This document shows positions 12,001-19,328 of a stretch of DNA of 64,000 nt, piece after piece. The stretch is from a virus. The translations under genes were made by a program, and so were the position numbers. The stretch is taken from positions 1-64,000 of the IMG/VR virus record IMGVR_UViG_3300046513_000343. The stretch is one strand, 5' to 3'. Each line of letters starts with the position of its first letter. Position 1 is the first letter of the stretch. A model generated the notes under the pieces. The model did no database searches. It was not told the DNA's origin and saw nothing but the letters and a program-made list of their open reading frames with translations.

Positions 12001-15000
12001 GGCCAGGGTCGCCGGCGACGGCGTCATGGTCCATTTGCCGATGCCGGCGGGCGTCGGCTCGGGGGCGTGCCGCACGGTGGCGGGATCGACCCGCTTCTCG
12101 GTTTGCACATAGGTGTCCGGCGCGGCGAACAGCGCGGCGAACTCGTTGGTGATCGAGGCAAACTCGTCCACGCTCATGTCAAGCGGCACCAGGCCTGCAT
12201 CGACCGGCGCCAGCTCGTTGACCGGGCCGTTGTCAAACGGTCTGAACTTGTTGTTCGGGTCAAGCGGCTTACCCTCGTTGCGGGCGTGTTCCGGGGCGGT
12301 GCCGTTGTCGCGTTTGCCGGTAGCGGCGTTGGCGCGCGCCTCGATCAGGTCCTGCAGCTCGCCGTCCTCGCCGTCGTTCAGGCGCTCATCGACGGCGATC
12401 TGCTCGGCCATGCCTTCGCTGGCCTGGCCCGCCTCGATGGCCTTGCGGTAGCGCTCGTACTGCTCGCTGTGGGCGCCCTGCTGCGGCACATCGACCAGCC
12501 CGCCATCCTTGTACCATTGCTGGAACGCCATTTCTTTCGCCAGCGCGTTGCCCTTGACAATGCCGATGCGGCGATACAGTTCCGCGCGCAGCGCGTCCAC
12601 GCTGGCGTCTTTCTTGTCAACCGGCTGGCCCAGCAGCGTGCTCATAACGTCCTGGCGTGCCTTGGTATGCTGCACGCCGTCCATCTTGAACAGGTCGCCG
12701 GCGGCGCCCAGGTGCGTGTGCAGCTCGGTGCGCGCCTGCTCCAGTCGCGCCGTGGCACCGGGGGAGAGGTCGCCGCCGAAGTCGGCATAGCCGTCAGGCT
12801 GATCCTTGCGGTCGTTGCGCACGCGGAATGTCCCGCGCTCGTTCTCGAACAGCGCCTCGCCGGCGTCATTGGTGCCGACTGCCGTCGATTGTGCGATCAG
12901 GTCCGGCAGGTCGATCTGTTCTTTTGTGGCCGTAGTCGCCCCGGCCGGCGCCTTGACGCCCTGGCCGAGGGTGATCTGTTTGGTCGCATCGACGCCTGGG
13001 TGGGCGCGCGTATCGATGCCGAGGACGGTGGTGGCGAAGTCTTCCTCGCGCTCGATGGCATCCGGGTTGATGTTCTTGTGTTCGCGCTCGACCTGATAGC
13101 GGCGCGGCGCCAGGCCGTTCAGGGCGCTGCTGATGTCCTTGAGCTGCTTTTGCAGCTCGCGTGCCTCGGGCGCGTGGCGCGCATCGACCTCGCCATCCTT
13201 GAAGCCGAGCGCGGCCAGCTTGGGCGCGATCTCGTTCCAGCGCGCGACCGCGGCCTCGCCGATGGCGCGTGGCAAGGCGGGAATCGTGTTGATCTTCCCG
13301 GCCAGGCTGTCGTAGGTTTCCGGCGCGATGGCGACCGGCACCGGCGGCTTGCCCTCGCCGGCCTTGGTGTTGACGGCGATGCGCGCCTTTTCCTCGCGGT
13401 AGGCGATGTTCTGTTCGTTCAGCCGGCCCTGCTTGGCGTCCTGTTCGACACCCGTCTCGATGGCGTTGTGCATGCCTTCATCGCCTGCCTGTTGCAAGTT
13501 GATGAGCATGTTGCGAATGCGCGGGGCGAACGGCGAATCGTGCCAGGCGCGCGGCACGATTGCGGTGCCGGCCGGGGTATCAGGGGTTGCCGGGGTATCG
13601 GCAGCGGCTTCCGCGGGCGTAGTGGTGCCTGTCGGTTGTTCTGTTTGATCAATGGCAGCGCTGGCCGGCGCCTGCGGCTTGGCGTACCACTCGGCCACAT
13701 TCGGGCCATTCGCGGTCGAGCCGTCGCCGCGCATCATCGCGGTCGCCTTGAGGCGGCCGTCGAAGTTGTCCGGGTTGAACGGCGCTTTGGTGTCGCCGTT
13801 CTTCAGCCAGTCCTTCAGCTGCTCCGGCGTGGTCTCGGTGACGGCCTCGGCGCCCTGCCAGCCGGCGGCGTAGTTGTCCTGGTACAGCTCGCGCGCCGCT
13901 TCCGCGCTGTCCACGCCGGCGATGACCTTGTGTTCATCGAACTTGCCGGTCTTCGGGTCGATCTGGTCAACGACAAACACCTTCTGGCTGTCCGGGTTGT
14001 CGCCGACAAACACGTCCACCGGCGCGCCATCGGCGCCTACGGTGCCGGTGAAGCGGCCGTAGTGCGCCGTCATCAGCGACTCCCATGGGTTGTCGCTGTC
14101 CTTGCTGCGGCGGGTCGATCCCTTCGGATTCTCGATGCCGACCGGCAGGCCGAACAGCGTCGGGTGGCCCAGCTTGGCGTTGTCGGCGTCGATCTGCGCC
14201 AGGCTGGCCGGCGGGCGGTCGTTGAGCGGCGACGTGCTGGCCTCGTGCGCCGCCTCGTCAAAGGCGTTCTTGGGCACGATCGCCTCGGGCGTCACCTTGG
14301 CCGCGCCGACGTTGGTCGGCCCGGCCGGGAAGTCGGGCACGTCCGGGAACAGGTCGTCCTGCTGCTGTGCCGCCTGCTGTTTAGTCTGCTGGCCGCGCGC
14401 CTTGTACTCTGCGCGCCAGGCGTCAAACGCACCTTTGCCCTCGGGCGAGATCGGCGCCGGGATGCCGAGTGTGGCGCGCACGCCGTTGACCATGTTCGGC
14501 AGGTCGGCCGGCACCACGCCGGGCGCCTTGTCCTGAATCTGGCCGACCACCTGATTGACCGTCAGGCCGTCGCCAAACAAGCGCTCGATGGTGTCGGTCA
14601 GTCCCAGCGCGTCGGCGGTGTCGCGGTGGCGCTGGGCGTTGGCGTTCTGGTAGCCGTCGGCGGCCGGGCCGACCTGCACGCGCGGCGCGACTGCAGCGGC
14701 GCCATCTGCTCCAGCTGCAGCCGCGCCAGGGGCGGCCGGGGTCGCATCTGCGACCGTGCCGGCGCCAGCGGCAGGCGCCTCGCTGTCCAGGTGCGCATTG
14801 CCGCGCCCCTTCAAGGTGGCCAGCGTGGCGTCGGCCTGCTGCGTGAAGAAATCAATGGCCGGGCCGACCGGCATGCCGGCCACGCCCAGCTTGGCGGCCA
14901 CGGCCGGATCGGGGATGAACGCTGCCACCGGCGTCAGGTCGCGCTCGGAGGCCGGTACGTTCAGCAGTTCGGCGGCCGGGCCGGCGCCCAGCAGGCGCCC

Positions 15001-16497
15001 GATGTAGGTCTCGGCCGGCGTCGGCGCGCGCCCCAGCGCCTCGCCCAGCGTGTCGATGTCTTGTTTGAGGTAGGCTGCGGCCAGCTGGGCGCGCGTGGCC
15101 GGATCGCTCCACTGCTGCGCCGTCAGGTCCGGGTGCTGGGCCAGCAGCTCGGTCATCAGCTGGGCGCCGCCGTCGCCATGCGTGGCCAGCTGCGCGGCGG
15201 CCGGATCGACCCCCTGCCGCTCGGCTTCCTTGACGAACAAGTCGTCGGCGCCGTCAATGGTCACCGGCACGGCGGCGAACCTGCCCGCCACGTTCGGGTG
15301 CGGCACCGCCTGGTGCGGGATGCCGGAATCGCTGGTAAAGCTGTCGGCCTGCTTCTGCGCGAGGTCGAGGCTGCCGAACGGGAACAGCTGGCGCGCGCCG
15401 GGGACCAGGCTGGCCGCTTGCGTGAGCGGGCCGGGCGGCGCGGCGGGTGGCGGTGCTGGCGGTGGGGGGCTCTGGTCGCCAGCGGCATCCTGGCCACCGG
15501 CGCCTTGACCATCGGGATTGTGCGGTGCATCATGGCCGTGCAGGGGTCCCGCCACGGCGCCCATCAAGCCGCCGGCCAGCATGCCCTGTGCGCCCGCTTC
15601 GGCGGCGCCCTCGTCCCACGGTTTGCCCTGCGCCAGGTTTTGCGCCACCTGCTCCTGATACGACTGCCCCAGTTCCTGGCCGACGCCTTCGACCAGCGCG
15701 CCCTCGCCGATCTTGCGCAGGATGCCCTTATTCGCGCCGGTGGCGATCGCTGCCTCGCCGACCGGGCCAAGGTGCCCGGAAGCGGCCATGGTGGCGGCGT
15801 CGCCGATGCCCAGCCGGTTGGCCAGCTTGCCGGCGCCGAAGCCGATGAGGCCGGTCAGCGCGCCGGACGCGGCCAGGATCGCCGATTGGCCGGGCGTGAG
15901 GGTGCCGTTCGGGTCTTCCTGGCGCACCTGCTCGGCGTTCTGGCCGGCGGCGGTGGCGCCCTCGCCGATGGCGCCGGCGGCAATCGCGCCTTCCTTGGTG
16001 GCCAGGCTCGGCAGCGCTTTTATCGCGCCGCGCGAGATCACGCCGCCCGACAGAATGGTCGGCGCCGATTCGATTGCCTGATTGGCCACCGCCGACGGGT
16101 TCTGCAAGCCGGCGATGATCGTTGGCACTAAGCCCTTGGCCTCGGCCAGGTTGCGAATGGCAGACTGGCCTTCGGGCGAATAATGCTTGTCGAGCGCCGC
16201 TTTCCATTCCTTGGCGTGGAAGCCGGCCTGCTCGGCCAGCTTGCCGATCGCGCCCTCGGAGACCATGTCACCCAGGCCGAGGAAGGTTTCCGGCACGCCG
16301 ATCAGGCCCTTGGCCAGCGACAGGCCCATGTCGCCCGCGCGTGGCAGGACCTGCTGCATGGCGCTGCGCGGCGCCTGATAGTCGGGCGTGGTGTACTTGG
16401 CGAACGGGTCGGCGTCGGTCGCCGGCGCGGCCTGATCGGCAGCCGGCACGGCCGGCTTGACGTACTTGGCGAACGGGTCGAGGTCTTGATCAGCCAT
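1..16497 (-). CDS. Giant DarB-like polyvalent internal virion protein (>=5,499 aa, 3' end beyond window): SLT-like, inorganic-pyrophosphatase-like, C5-cytosine MTase-like, N6-adenine MTase, SNF2/SF2 helicase, HExxxH metallopeptidase-like, EELQSD domain, GHKL ATPase
   Basis: ATG at 16497 (MADQDLDPFAKY...), 2 nt after the upstream TAA. Absent from the ORF track, consistent with no stop before base 1; spot-checked stretches are open and in one frame. Motifs: IENPKGSTR/HYG/DEHKV (~13790-14260); LSLFDYTG...PCTDF...ENP (~11070-11660); RYVGWGG, LESSVGAGNF, IGNPPF (~8150-9000); DHAVGAGKT, DESH (~4250-6450); IFHELYGH (~3010); ELFQNSFDA, DNGTGM, GGFGIAK, GTTVTV (1-600). Confidence 0.9.
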   Translation of the reverse strand, partial: MADQDLDPFAKYVKPAVPAADQAAPATDADPFAKYTTPDYQAPRSAMQQVLPRAGDMGLSLAKGLIGVPETFLGLGDMVSEGAIGKLAEQAGFHAKEWKAALDKHYSPEGQSAIRNLAEAKGLVPTIIAGLQNPSAVANQAIESAPTILSGGVISRGAIKALPSLATKEGAIAAGAIGEGATAAGQNAEQVRQEDPNGTLTPGQSAILAASGALTGLIGFGAGKLANRLGIGDAATMAASGHLGPVGEAAIATGANKGILRKIGEGALVEGVGQELGQSYQEQVAQNLAQGKPWDEGAAEAGAQGMLAGGLMGAVAGPLHGHDAPHNPDGQGAGGQDAAGDQSPPPPAPPPAAPPGPLTQAASLVPGARQLFPFGSLDLAQKQADSFTSDSGIPHQAVPHPNVAGRFAAVPVTIDGADDLFVKEAERQGVDPAAAQLATHGDGGAQLMTELLAQHPDLTAQQWSDPATRAQLAAAYLKQDIDTLGEALGRAPTPAETYIGRLLGAGPAAELLNVPASERDLTPVAAFIPDPAVAAKLGVAGMPVGPAIDFFTQQADATLATLKGRGNAHLDSEAPAAGAGTVADATPAAPGAAAAGADGAAAVAPRVQVGPAADGYQNANAQRHRDTADALGLTDTIERLFGDGLTVNQVVGQIQDKAPGVVPADLPNMVNGVRATLGIPAPISPEGKGAFDAWRAEYKARGQQTKQQAAQQQDDLFPDVPDFPAGPTNVGAAKVTPEAIVPKNAFDEAAHEASTSPLNDRPPASLAQIDADNAKLGHPTLFGLPVGIENPKGSTRRSKDSDNPWESLMTAHYGRFTGTVGADGAPVDVFVGDNPDSQKVFVVDQIDPKTGKFDEHKVIAGVDSAEAARELYQDNYAAGWQGAEAVTETTPEQLKDWLKNGDTKAPFNPDNFDGRLKATAMMRGDGSTANGPNVAEWYAKPQAPASAAIDQTEQPTGTTTPAEAAADTPATPDTPAGTAIVPRAWHDSPFAPRIRNMLINLQQAGDEGMHNAIETGVEQDAKQGRLNEQNIAYREEKARIAVNTKAGEGKPPVPVAIAPETYDSLAGKINTIPALPRAIGEAAVARWNEIAPKLAALGFKDGEVDARHAPEARELQKQLKDISSALNGLAPRRYQVEREHKNINPDAIEREEDFATTVLGIDTRAHPGVDATKQITLGQGVKAPAGATTATKEQIDLPDLIAQSTAVGTNDAGEALFENERGTFRVRNDRKDQPDGYADFGGDLSPGATARLEQARTELHTHLGAAGDLFKMDGVQHTKARQDVMSTLLGQPVDKKDASVDALRAELYRRIGIVKGNALAKEMAFQQWYKDGGLVDVPQQGAHSEQYERYRKAIEAGQASEGMAEQIAVDERLNDGEDGELQDLIEARANAATGKRDNGTAPEHARNEGKPLDPNNKFRPFDNGPVNELAPVDAGLVPLDMSVDEFASITNEFAALFAAPDTYVQTEKRVDPATVRHAPEPTPAGIGKWTMTPSPATLAALKDIENAPAQPLITMVEDSDARSKKEGKRHFRITANYTNRYDAAPLTYGALMTGEQMEDNVSRDSGRVGTKQGLAGGVAEMKAMWLELESAILDQDKWIDHATEQAENSKLRQQNSEKIILSLFDYTGEWGQPWADAGYNVIPIDIQNGIDVLDLNAEYLSENMGVEGDIHGMLIAVPCTDFAVAGAKHFAAKDADGRTESSKELVKASLSLVEELRPKFWALENPVSRIESLTGLPPARMSFNPNNFGHAYTKKTMLWGNFQTDLPLSPVDPVLGSKMHQKFGGSSQETKNARSETPRGFAAAFFMANNYADLTPEQRLTGDYPEASGAIATALKAGVPEKRVRKLMEQTYENYDTEAARNALIKEVAKLNKTTTDTQDANKAEPSQGADDVNAPKDDKPGLKKMQDAKAAKEKYGASGRAALAKMAARAHLSIDPADGKDSADLVSYFEKYYNAGRTGAAMPKVDVHPDDARAAYAAGKKDGPAKAAKAPAVAAPADRATIAQRYATELMRDGVTDEVKDFHLRFADDLLAKDAFGLKWITNGLNDKSKKVFAEVTGVKLPRAQGAAWEALKAWAGVTPEQERAVQAKEDAERAEKQQQKDDDAAENDAELQRFQVSATDTTKISGKQVIDERIADGYNAIENISKTPIPRYVLVNKELGRFYPLDKIGRKYAEVALRRLGKSELAQDTDGESLVSVEQAAADQAEHERELADAKAKGQTMASDDDLAHLFGKDQPAAAVDLDALLDDELKAALSDLGDVLGDVFGGVKKMSGPQRSAGDLLPALSKVVELLIRKGLRSFQQAIGTAARAMRGNDKTAPFVDQISPRQWKAAYNAVAEFHGGTDSEATVNDFSNDSVSAMTAAAEKGDNKASSNKEADHGQDFTGDQGAQALGGMAAEENAGPEGGGGIQSGHPDGGAESAAGNRRPDDAGVSGTRGGGSGAAEVHPAQAGAKGRLGVKGTGEKGTGVSKNDAAVRGEPGELTPPAPTIPALNFRITAALRLGQGGETEKFNDNLAAIRTLKAIEADNRRATPAEQALLARYVGWGGLAASFPNPETGKFRDGWAQRGADLEALLSKKEYTLARRSVLDSHYTSETVVAGMWQAAAHLGYQGGLALESSVGAGNFLGLMPATLGARTRFIGVEYDSLTARIAGLLYPQETILHSGFQNVPLPDGQFDLAIGNPPFGDQHLRFQFKPELNRFSIHNQFFLASLDAVKPGGLQIQVVSRYLMDAQDSSARIELAKRAKLLGAIRLPDTAFKENARTSVVTDIVFLQRHTDSEEAAMEAAFAAHQAKQGKTAEAERQRQELAAQVPAWIEVARVKDPLGGDAMPTGQYFAANPKMVLGTLERSGKMQFKNDITVRPDESRPLAAQLTDAIASLPQNVMLQEPSAVDVALERYANLADALQIALAGHEAGSIRLHNDGSLQQVTERETPNGQFELTRRTLTPDSPWSEQLQMNDRGQWYKVEAVKGEDGKSLKIMNGDQPTNRNVYERHVYADESHVPSTLRLGAAKYARLRQLVALRDALVDQLNLEAEDAPEQQIEGNRKELAEAYHTFVAAHGLISEPANSSLVANMPDGALVQALESGYRKAIDAKKAAATGEPVRAASAKPAAILSERVIVKYVPPTSADSLADAIAIQTAESGNVDIVRIASLLGKSEDEAVAEIEQAEHPLLFIDPETQGWVTRNDYLTGAVKRKLAAARAAGLGKNASELESVLPEQWGAENVTALLGSTWVPTAVYQDFLQHITGSAARVSFNRATNSFTVSAGPEVHAKEEEWGSDGISAAGIISDILNSRAIKIMMRTFDNKTVVDEERTKLALLKARAINNEFGDWMFADGERRKLLVETFNEKFNTRVGRQHDGSHLILPGKVPDAVISMRRHQKNVVWRGIVERFMLIDHAVGAGKTYSAIARAMERRRMGLAKKPMIVVPNHMVRQFTADTYRLYPGAKVLAAGNKDFEKSRRRKLFAKIATGDYDIVIVPHSSFGFIGIAPDTELRYLEQELQTAEAAIIEAQQAADEDPSQQGSTRKPFGVKEAERLRDKITARMDKIRGSQNKDKLLTFEQMGVDDLTIDESHEFKNLFYSSRLTNVKGMGNKAGSQKAFDLYNKVRVLRESPKGAVTFMTGTPISNSAVEMYTMMRYLAADELRDLGLEHFDAWRAQYVSNDAAWEPNETGRLKEVNRLGRTWSNMRSLMDLYYGFTDAVSNDDIKKAYREDNEGAEFPIPRVRGGDRQSVVIQPTAAQQAMLDHIMAAFDHLPGITDPYERNKERLRLMDRARKVSLDVRAIDPHNPSKEAGGKLEKIADEVTRLYQKWHADLGTQLVFLDRSVPKSKGDDKRVKEYDTLLAAQEQALLDDDEDAQRRIGEKLEAFDPDEMDALRQALAGGWNAYQQIKDNLIARGIPANEIRFVQEANNDEQKQALFDAVNDGRVRVLIGSTQRMGAGTNVQERLVGLHHADVTWKPSDIEQREGRIIRQGNALLEKYGMDKFEVEILAYATERTIDAKMWNLNATKLRTINGIRNYDGAFSMEFEDADSVSMAELAALASGDPLLLERVKLMADIDRLELLRRQYTRKMWGVVSQIEDAERDLKTMPAAIAGYQRDVDTLDKAWADVQAAVAQRTVEVEGKAYSTYKGAMDAVRASVLAQQAGNEDAKFTIKVGAKRATSMNGAHDAVNAALGDRFEASVDGQTLVQRVALQRIAAERATELANSLTKGEQKSVILGTMLGMPLELTVGRSQYFSFYGATLALQRADGSTLAAGNSSDGKDGQFSTALLAAPLIELERTADPDYFTRGIRSAKERIADAEKALPELLPKRDVPFAHQAELDEKMARLEDVIRQLSAKPQAAAANSAPAAPELTLTGDREPGPEPAPRLQRRAEDRKRRTEDPLFARAKNGQAGAVAQHPHPISDRALDTVIERIQAAFARRVGAALPVTIKPVRGMADLPPVLQAAARRQQLNLGKGVFFENTVYVVQQAHGTAEEVERTIFHELYGHAATASLFGGEWLAKQNALLKAIGGGAGLYRLAAANQIDLHDYAAGLQADTSLTDEQRRAIMMDELLAHLAEKKTVLRQKINEFIGAVRAWLRAHGFAKLAKYGNTDLAHLLADARKSLAAKATGRAGPAMPVFARDPDHAPVFYSTLARQIDKTVTKSASPLHWAETIMGTSFGQQGVKQDEIHWSGVLDWLNLQQQAGVKKVDKAQLLDYLAENGVRVSETMQGEPEPASDAGIAQRKSVFDQYQPQIDAANQRAWDHTLSSRENDEARDTLEELMTERDRAANDAYTLPADATSPGQYGQYQLPGGENYRELLLTLPQKAISTADFVTLDANGEPFGVHATEAEARNAARTIGGTYEAGASISREAVKFQSAHWTGVGNVLAHVRFNDRTDADGAKVLFIEELQSDWGQSGKRKGFAGPPATAQELRAAADAANEADLALDAARSLHAKYAGDVRYWNEKLTQLERDPRAEQQALASAHKALNEALEQKSAQVKVAEAASDALIEATRAQNALATKGNGIAPAPFVGKTEAWLSLAVKRMIAYAAQNGYDKVAFVNGKQSVERYSLEKHVKEIRVLLRPDGRYSVFGTVDDESPQRLTERAGVDAAGLADFIGQELGQRAVADLAAKDAAKRAGVQMYRVQSADGMPLDGKKYQLQMAQQLARAYGMQVVPDGKPLSNAVLDEPVDQTYSGADLRVGGEGMKTFYDKIVPNVVNDVLKKLGGGKVGPVTIDGQFSYDRLVAAGKATGKSQAELDAMPVQQRKALIDAQLRKMYPGQLGFAISDALREKALGGLPLFSRDEQRERATPGANVERLAGLLGPQLYGDMKQMGPVTVKELFQNSFDALKGALESGQLASGEINITTDPDARTITISDNGTGMTPAIINKAFLTIAGTNKETERSSGGFGIAKMLFLFGNDNLKLVTVRDGVEATLETTGAQLMKSFNDPTLAPDIVTSKTDAPSGTTVTVKIPDSFKNPSTGTSESINFPGQYEMNRVLDTS
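9045..9356 (-). CDS. Nested out-of-frame 103-aa protein (TnpV/DUF1896-like) inside the giant protein gene
   Basis: AAGGAGG-6nt-ATG at 9356. Protein MDRTSLAIKARKHWEEWLPKKTRDLKEAGEF...GYQEHEAEEVVLPKFILLKPE looks helical and globular, while the host frame here is an open Gly-rich linker. Confidence 0.8.
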   Translation of the reverse strand: MDRTSLAIKARKHWEEWLPKKTRDLKEAGEFNQAIQMAALKAQREIADLMMQGYQEHEAEEVVLPKFILLKPEPKDDWESRELAKREREYQKMMRPFVANPEN

Positions 16498-16499
16498 GG

Positions 16500-19325
16500 T
16501 TATTTGCCGTCCTTGTACTTGTTGTACTGCTCGACGCCGAAGTTTTTGATGAAGGAATTCATCGCCACCACGTCACCCTTACGCTTGCGCAATTCCTGTA
16601 TCGCCTCGTCCGGCGCGGCTGGGTAGGCTTGCTTGCCGGCCGGGTTCGGCCCGCCGAGCATCTGGCCGGTGCTGGTATCGACCGCGCCCTTCTTGTAGAT
16701 CGGCTGGTTCATGTTGTCGCGCTCGCCGGTGTCGACATCGACGATGGCGTGGCGGTTGCCTTTGGTGTTGATCTCGGCCACCTCCTTGGCGCCCTGCGCG
16801 GCAACCTGGTGCTGCTGCACGCCGAACTGGCCGGTGGTGGCGGCCACATTGCCGGTGCCCTGGTTTTGCAGCGCCTGCTCGTCCAGCTTCGCCTGGGACG
16901 GGTTGACGCCATAGATTTGCCCCTGCACCAGCGCATTGCGGTAGCGGGTTAGTGGGCTGTTCGGACCATTCACGTCACCGCTGGCCAGGGCCGCGTTGTA
17001 GATGGAGGCGGGCACCACGATGCCACTCGGCATCTGTACGGTGCTGTGCATGCCCCGCATTTCCCAGACGGGTTGCTCGCGCAGGTCTTCGGGGACGTCG
17101 TCGCGCGTGTCGCCTGGCGTGGCCGGCCCGGCCTGTGCCACCGCACCGGGCCGCTGCGCCGCCGACATGTGCGAGGCCGCCAGTCCAGTCCACTTGCCGA
17201 TGGCCTGGCCGGCGGTCATGCCGCGCATGCCGTTGTCATTGACGATGTTCTCGGCGTTCTTGGGATCGTAGCTGGCCACCACCTGCTTGATGGAGGCGTT
17301 CGGGTCGGCGCTCAGCAGCGTGCTGGCGCCTGTCACGCCCAGCAGGTGGCCCATGTAGGACTCGGCCGGGGTCGGCGCGCGCCCGAGCTTGGCGGTCAGT
17401 TCGGCGTCGGTCTTTTTCAAGAAGTCAATGCCGGCGCGCGCCTGGATCGTCGGGTCTTTCCATTGCTCAGGCGTCAGTGAATAGGCGGCGCGGGTTTTCT
17501 TGAGCATCTGGAACAGGCCGAAGGCGCTGCTGTTCGGGTTCTGCGCGTCGTGGTTGAACTTGCCGCCCGTTTCAATCGAGCTGACCATCAAGGCGCGCGC
17601 CGGGTCGTAGCCCATTTCCTGCGCCTGCGACAAGATGCGGCGCTGGTTCTCGCTCATGTTCGGGTTGGCCAGCGCCGGCGCGCTGCCGCTGCCCGGTGCC
17701 GCTGCGGGCGCTTGCCAGTTGCCATTCATCAGGTCGGCCACTTCGGCGCTGCGGTCGAGGTATCGCTGCACTGAGGACGGCAGCGGCTGACCATGCGGGA
17801 TGACGGCCTCGCCGCCATCCTTGTAGGAAATGTGCGTGCCGTTGTGCGCACCGCCAATGCCGATGGACGAGATCGGGCTTTCCTGCGACTCCTTGTACAA
17901 GGCGTTGTAGCGCGCCAGCATGGCCTGTTGCCGCTGGTCGCCTTGCGAGGGGCCGCTCGGGGCGGCAGCGGGCGCGGGCGCGCCAGGCTTGGTCGCCTGG
18001 CGGGCCTGCTGTTGCAGGCTGTACTGGTCGGCCTGGTCCTCGGTCATCACCGGGCCGGCAGGCTGCACCTGTGCTGGAGTTGGCTTTGCCTTCTCGGCGG
18101 CTGCCGCGGCGGCGATGCTGGCCTTGCGCGCATCGACGCGCTCCACCGGACTGGCCTCGTCGAGGCCAAAGAAGCCGCGCAACGCCTTGATCGCCTTGTC
18201 GCCACCGAAGTAGCCAGCCCCCCCGCCGATGATGCTGCCGACGATCGGCGCGGCCGGCGCGGCCGGGCCGAGGAAGGGCGCGGCCAGCAAGCCCACCTGG
18301 CCACCGATGCCGGCACCAGCGATGGTGGCAGCGCCGCGGCCGACGCCCTCGGCCGCTTGGGTGGCCACGTCGGCCTTGCTGGTTTCCGGGTCGGCCGCCA
18401 CTTTGGCCACGCGGCCCGCCTCGATCACCGGCTCAACCCATGGCGTCGCCTTGCGTGCCAGTGCCAACGTGCCACTGCCAGCCGCCACGGCGGCCTTGCC
18501 GATCAGGCCGCTGCCGGGCGGCACCAGCGGTTTCGCCTGGGCGCTGGCGCCTTCCATGAAGCGGGCATAGGCGGATGGACCGGAAGGGCCGGATGGTGCG
18601 GCGCCGGGAGCCGCGCCTGGCGGGATGCCGCCCGGTGGCGGTGGCGCACTGCCACCACCGGCGCGCGCGCGCACCGCGTCCGCATAGCCGGTGTCGGGTT
18701 CGGCGTAGCGCATGGTGGCCGCGCCCAGTTTCTGGTCCATGCTCAAAGGCCCGGTCGGTTCTGGCGGCGCCAGGGCGGCGGCGCGCACGCCGTTCGGGTT
18801 GGGCGCGTTGTTGAGGTTGCGCGCGGTGCGCACCTGTTCCTGCGCCTGGCCCAGCGCCTCGCCCGGCTGGCTGTTGAAGGCAGCACGCGGGTCAACCGCC
18901 GCGGCGGGCACGGCTGGGGCTGCCGGCGCAGCAGCGGGCAATGCTGGGCGCGGGCCGGCCATGGCGCGGTCGTACTGGGCATTGGCCACGCCGGCGCCGG
19001 GCTGCGGCAAGCCGGCGCGCAGGTCGGGGCGGGGCTGCGCCGCGTGTGGCGTGTCAAACTGCTCGCTGGCCATGGCGCGGTCGTACTGCGTATTGGCCAG
19101 GCCAGCGGCTGGCTGGGGCAGGCTGGCGCGCAGGCGCTGGCCGGCGGTGGGCGTGTTCAACAGCGCGGCGCCACGCGGGGCGGCCGGCTCGACCGGCACC
19201 GGCTCGGCCGGCGGCGGCAGCGGCGCTGGGCCGCCTCCCTCCGGCGGCTGCAGCAGCGCGGCGCGGCCCTGCTCAGGCATGAGCGATGCGGCAGCCCGGC
19301 GATACTGGTCTTCGAGGATGCCCAT
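16500..19325 (-). CDS. Internal virion (ejection) protein with lytic transglycosylase (SLT) domain
   Basis: 941 aa; IETGGKFNHDAQNPNSSAFGLFQM SLT motif; Pro/Ala-rich linkers and a hydrophobic Gly-rich segment; directly upstream of the giant protein. Confidence 0.8.
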   Translation of the reverse strand: MGILEDQYRRAAASLMPEQGRAALLQPPEGGGPAPLPPPAEPVPVEPAAPRGAALLNTPTAGQRLRASLPQPAAGLANTQYDRAMASEQFDTPHAAQPRPDLRAGLPQPGAGVANAQYDRAMAGPRPALPAAAPAAPAVPAAAVDPRAAFNSQPGEALGQAQEQVRTARNLNNAPNPNGVRAAALAPPEPTGPLSMDQKLGAATMRYAEPDTGYADAVRARAGGGSAPPPPGGIPPGAAPGAAPSGPSGPSAYARFMEGASAQAKPLVPPGSGLIGKAAVAAGSGTLALARKATPWVEPVIEAGRVAKVAADPETSKADVATQAAEGVGRGAATIAGAGIGGQVGLLAAPFLGPAAPAAPIVGSIIGGGAGYFGGDKAIKALRGFFGLDEASPVERVDARKASIAAAAAAEKAKPTPAQVQPAGPVMTEDQADQYSLQQQARQATKPGAPAPAAAPSGPSQGDQRQQAMLARYNALYKESQESPISSIGIGGAHNGTHISYKDGGEAVIPHGQPLPSSVQRYLDRSAEVADLMNGNWQAPAAAPGSGSAPALANPNMSENQRRILSQAQEMGYDPARALMVSSIETGGKFNHDAQNPNSSAFGLFQMLKKTRAAYSLTPEQWKDPTIQARAGIDFLKKTDAELTAKLGRAPTPAESYMGHLLGVTGASTLLSADPNASIKQVVASYDPKNAENIVNDNGMRGMTAGQAIGKWTGLAASHMSAAQRPGAVAQAGPATPGDTRDDVPEDLREQPVWEMRGMHSTVQMPSGIVVPASIYNAALASGDVNGPNSPLTRYRNALVQGQIYGVNPSQAKLDEQALQNQGTGNVAATTGQFGVQQHQVAAQGAKEVAEINTKGNRHAIVDVDTGERDNMNQPIYKKGAVDTSTGQMLGGPNPAGKQAYPAAPDEAIQELRKRKGDVVAMNSFIKNFGVEQYNKYKDGK

Positions 19326-19328
19326 GAC

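Noticed and set aside
11044-16131. 1695-aa plus-strand ORF, and other long plus ORFs such as 24545-27529, 17793-20261, 27453-29588 and 41423-43483
   Set aside because: Antisense shadows of GC3-rich minus-strand genes; Arg/Gly/Ala-biased with no motifs.
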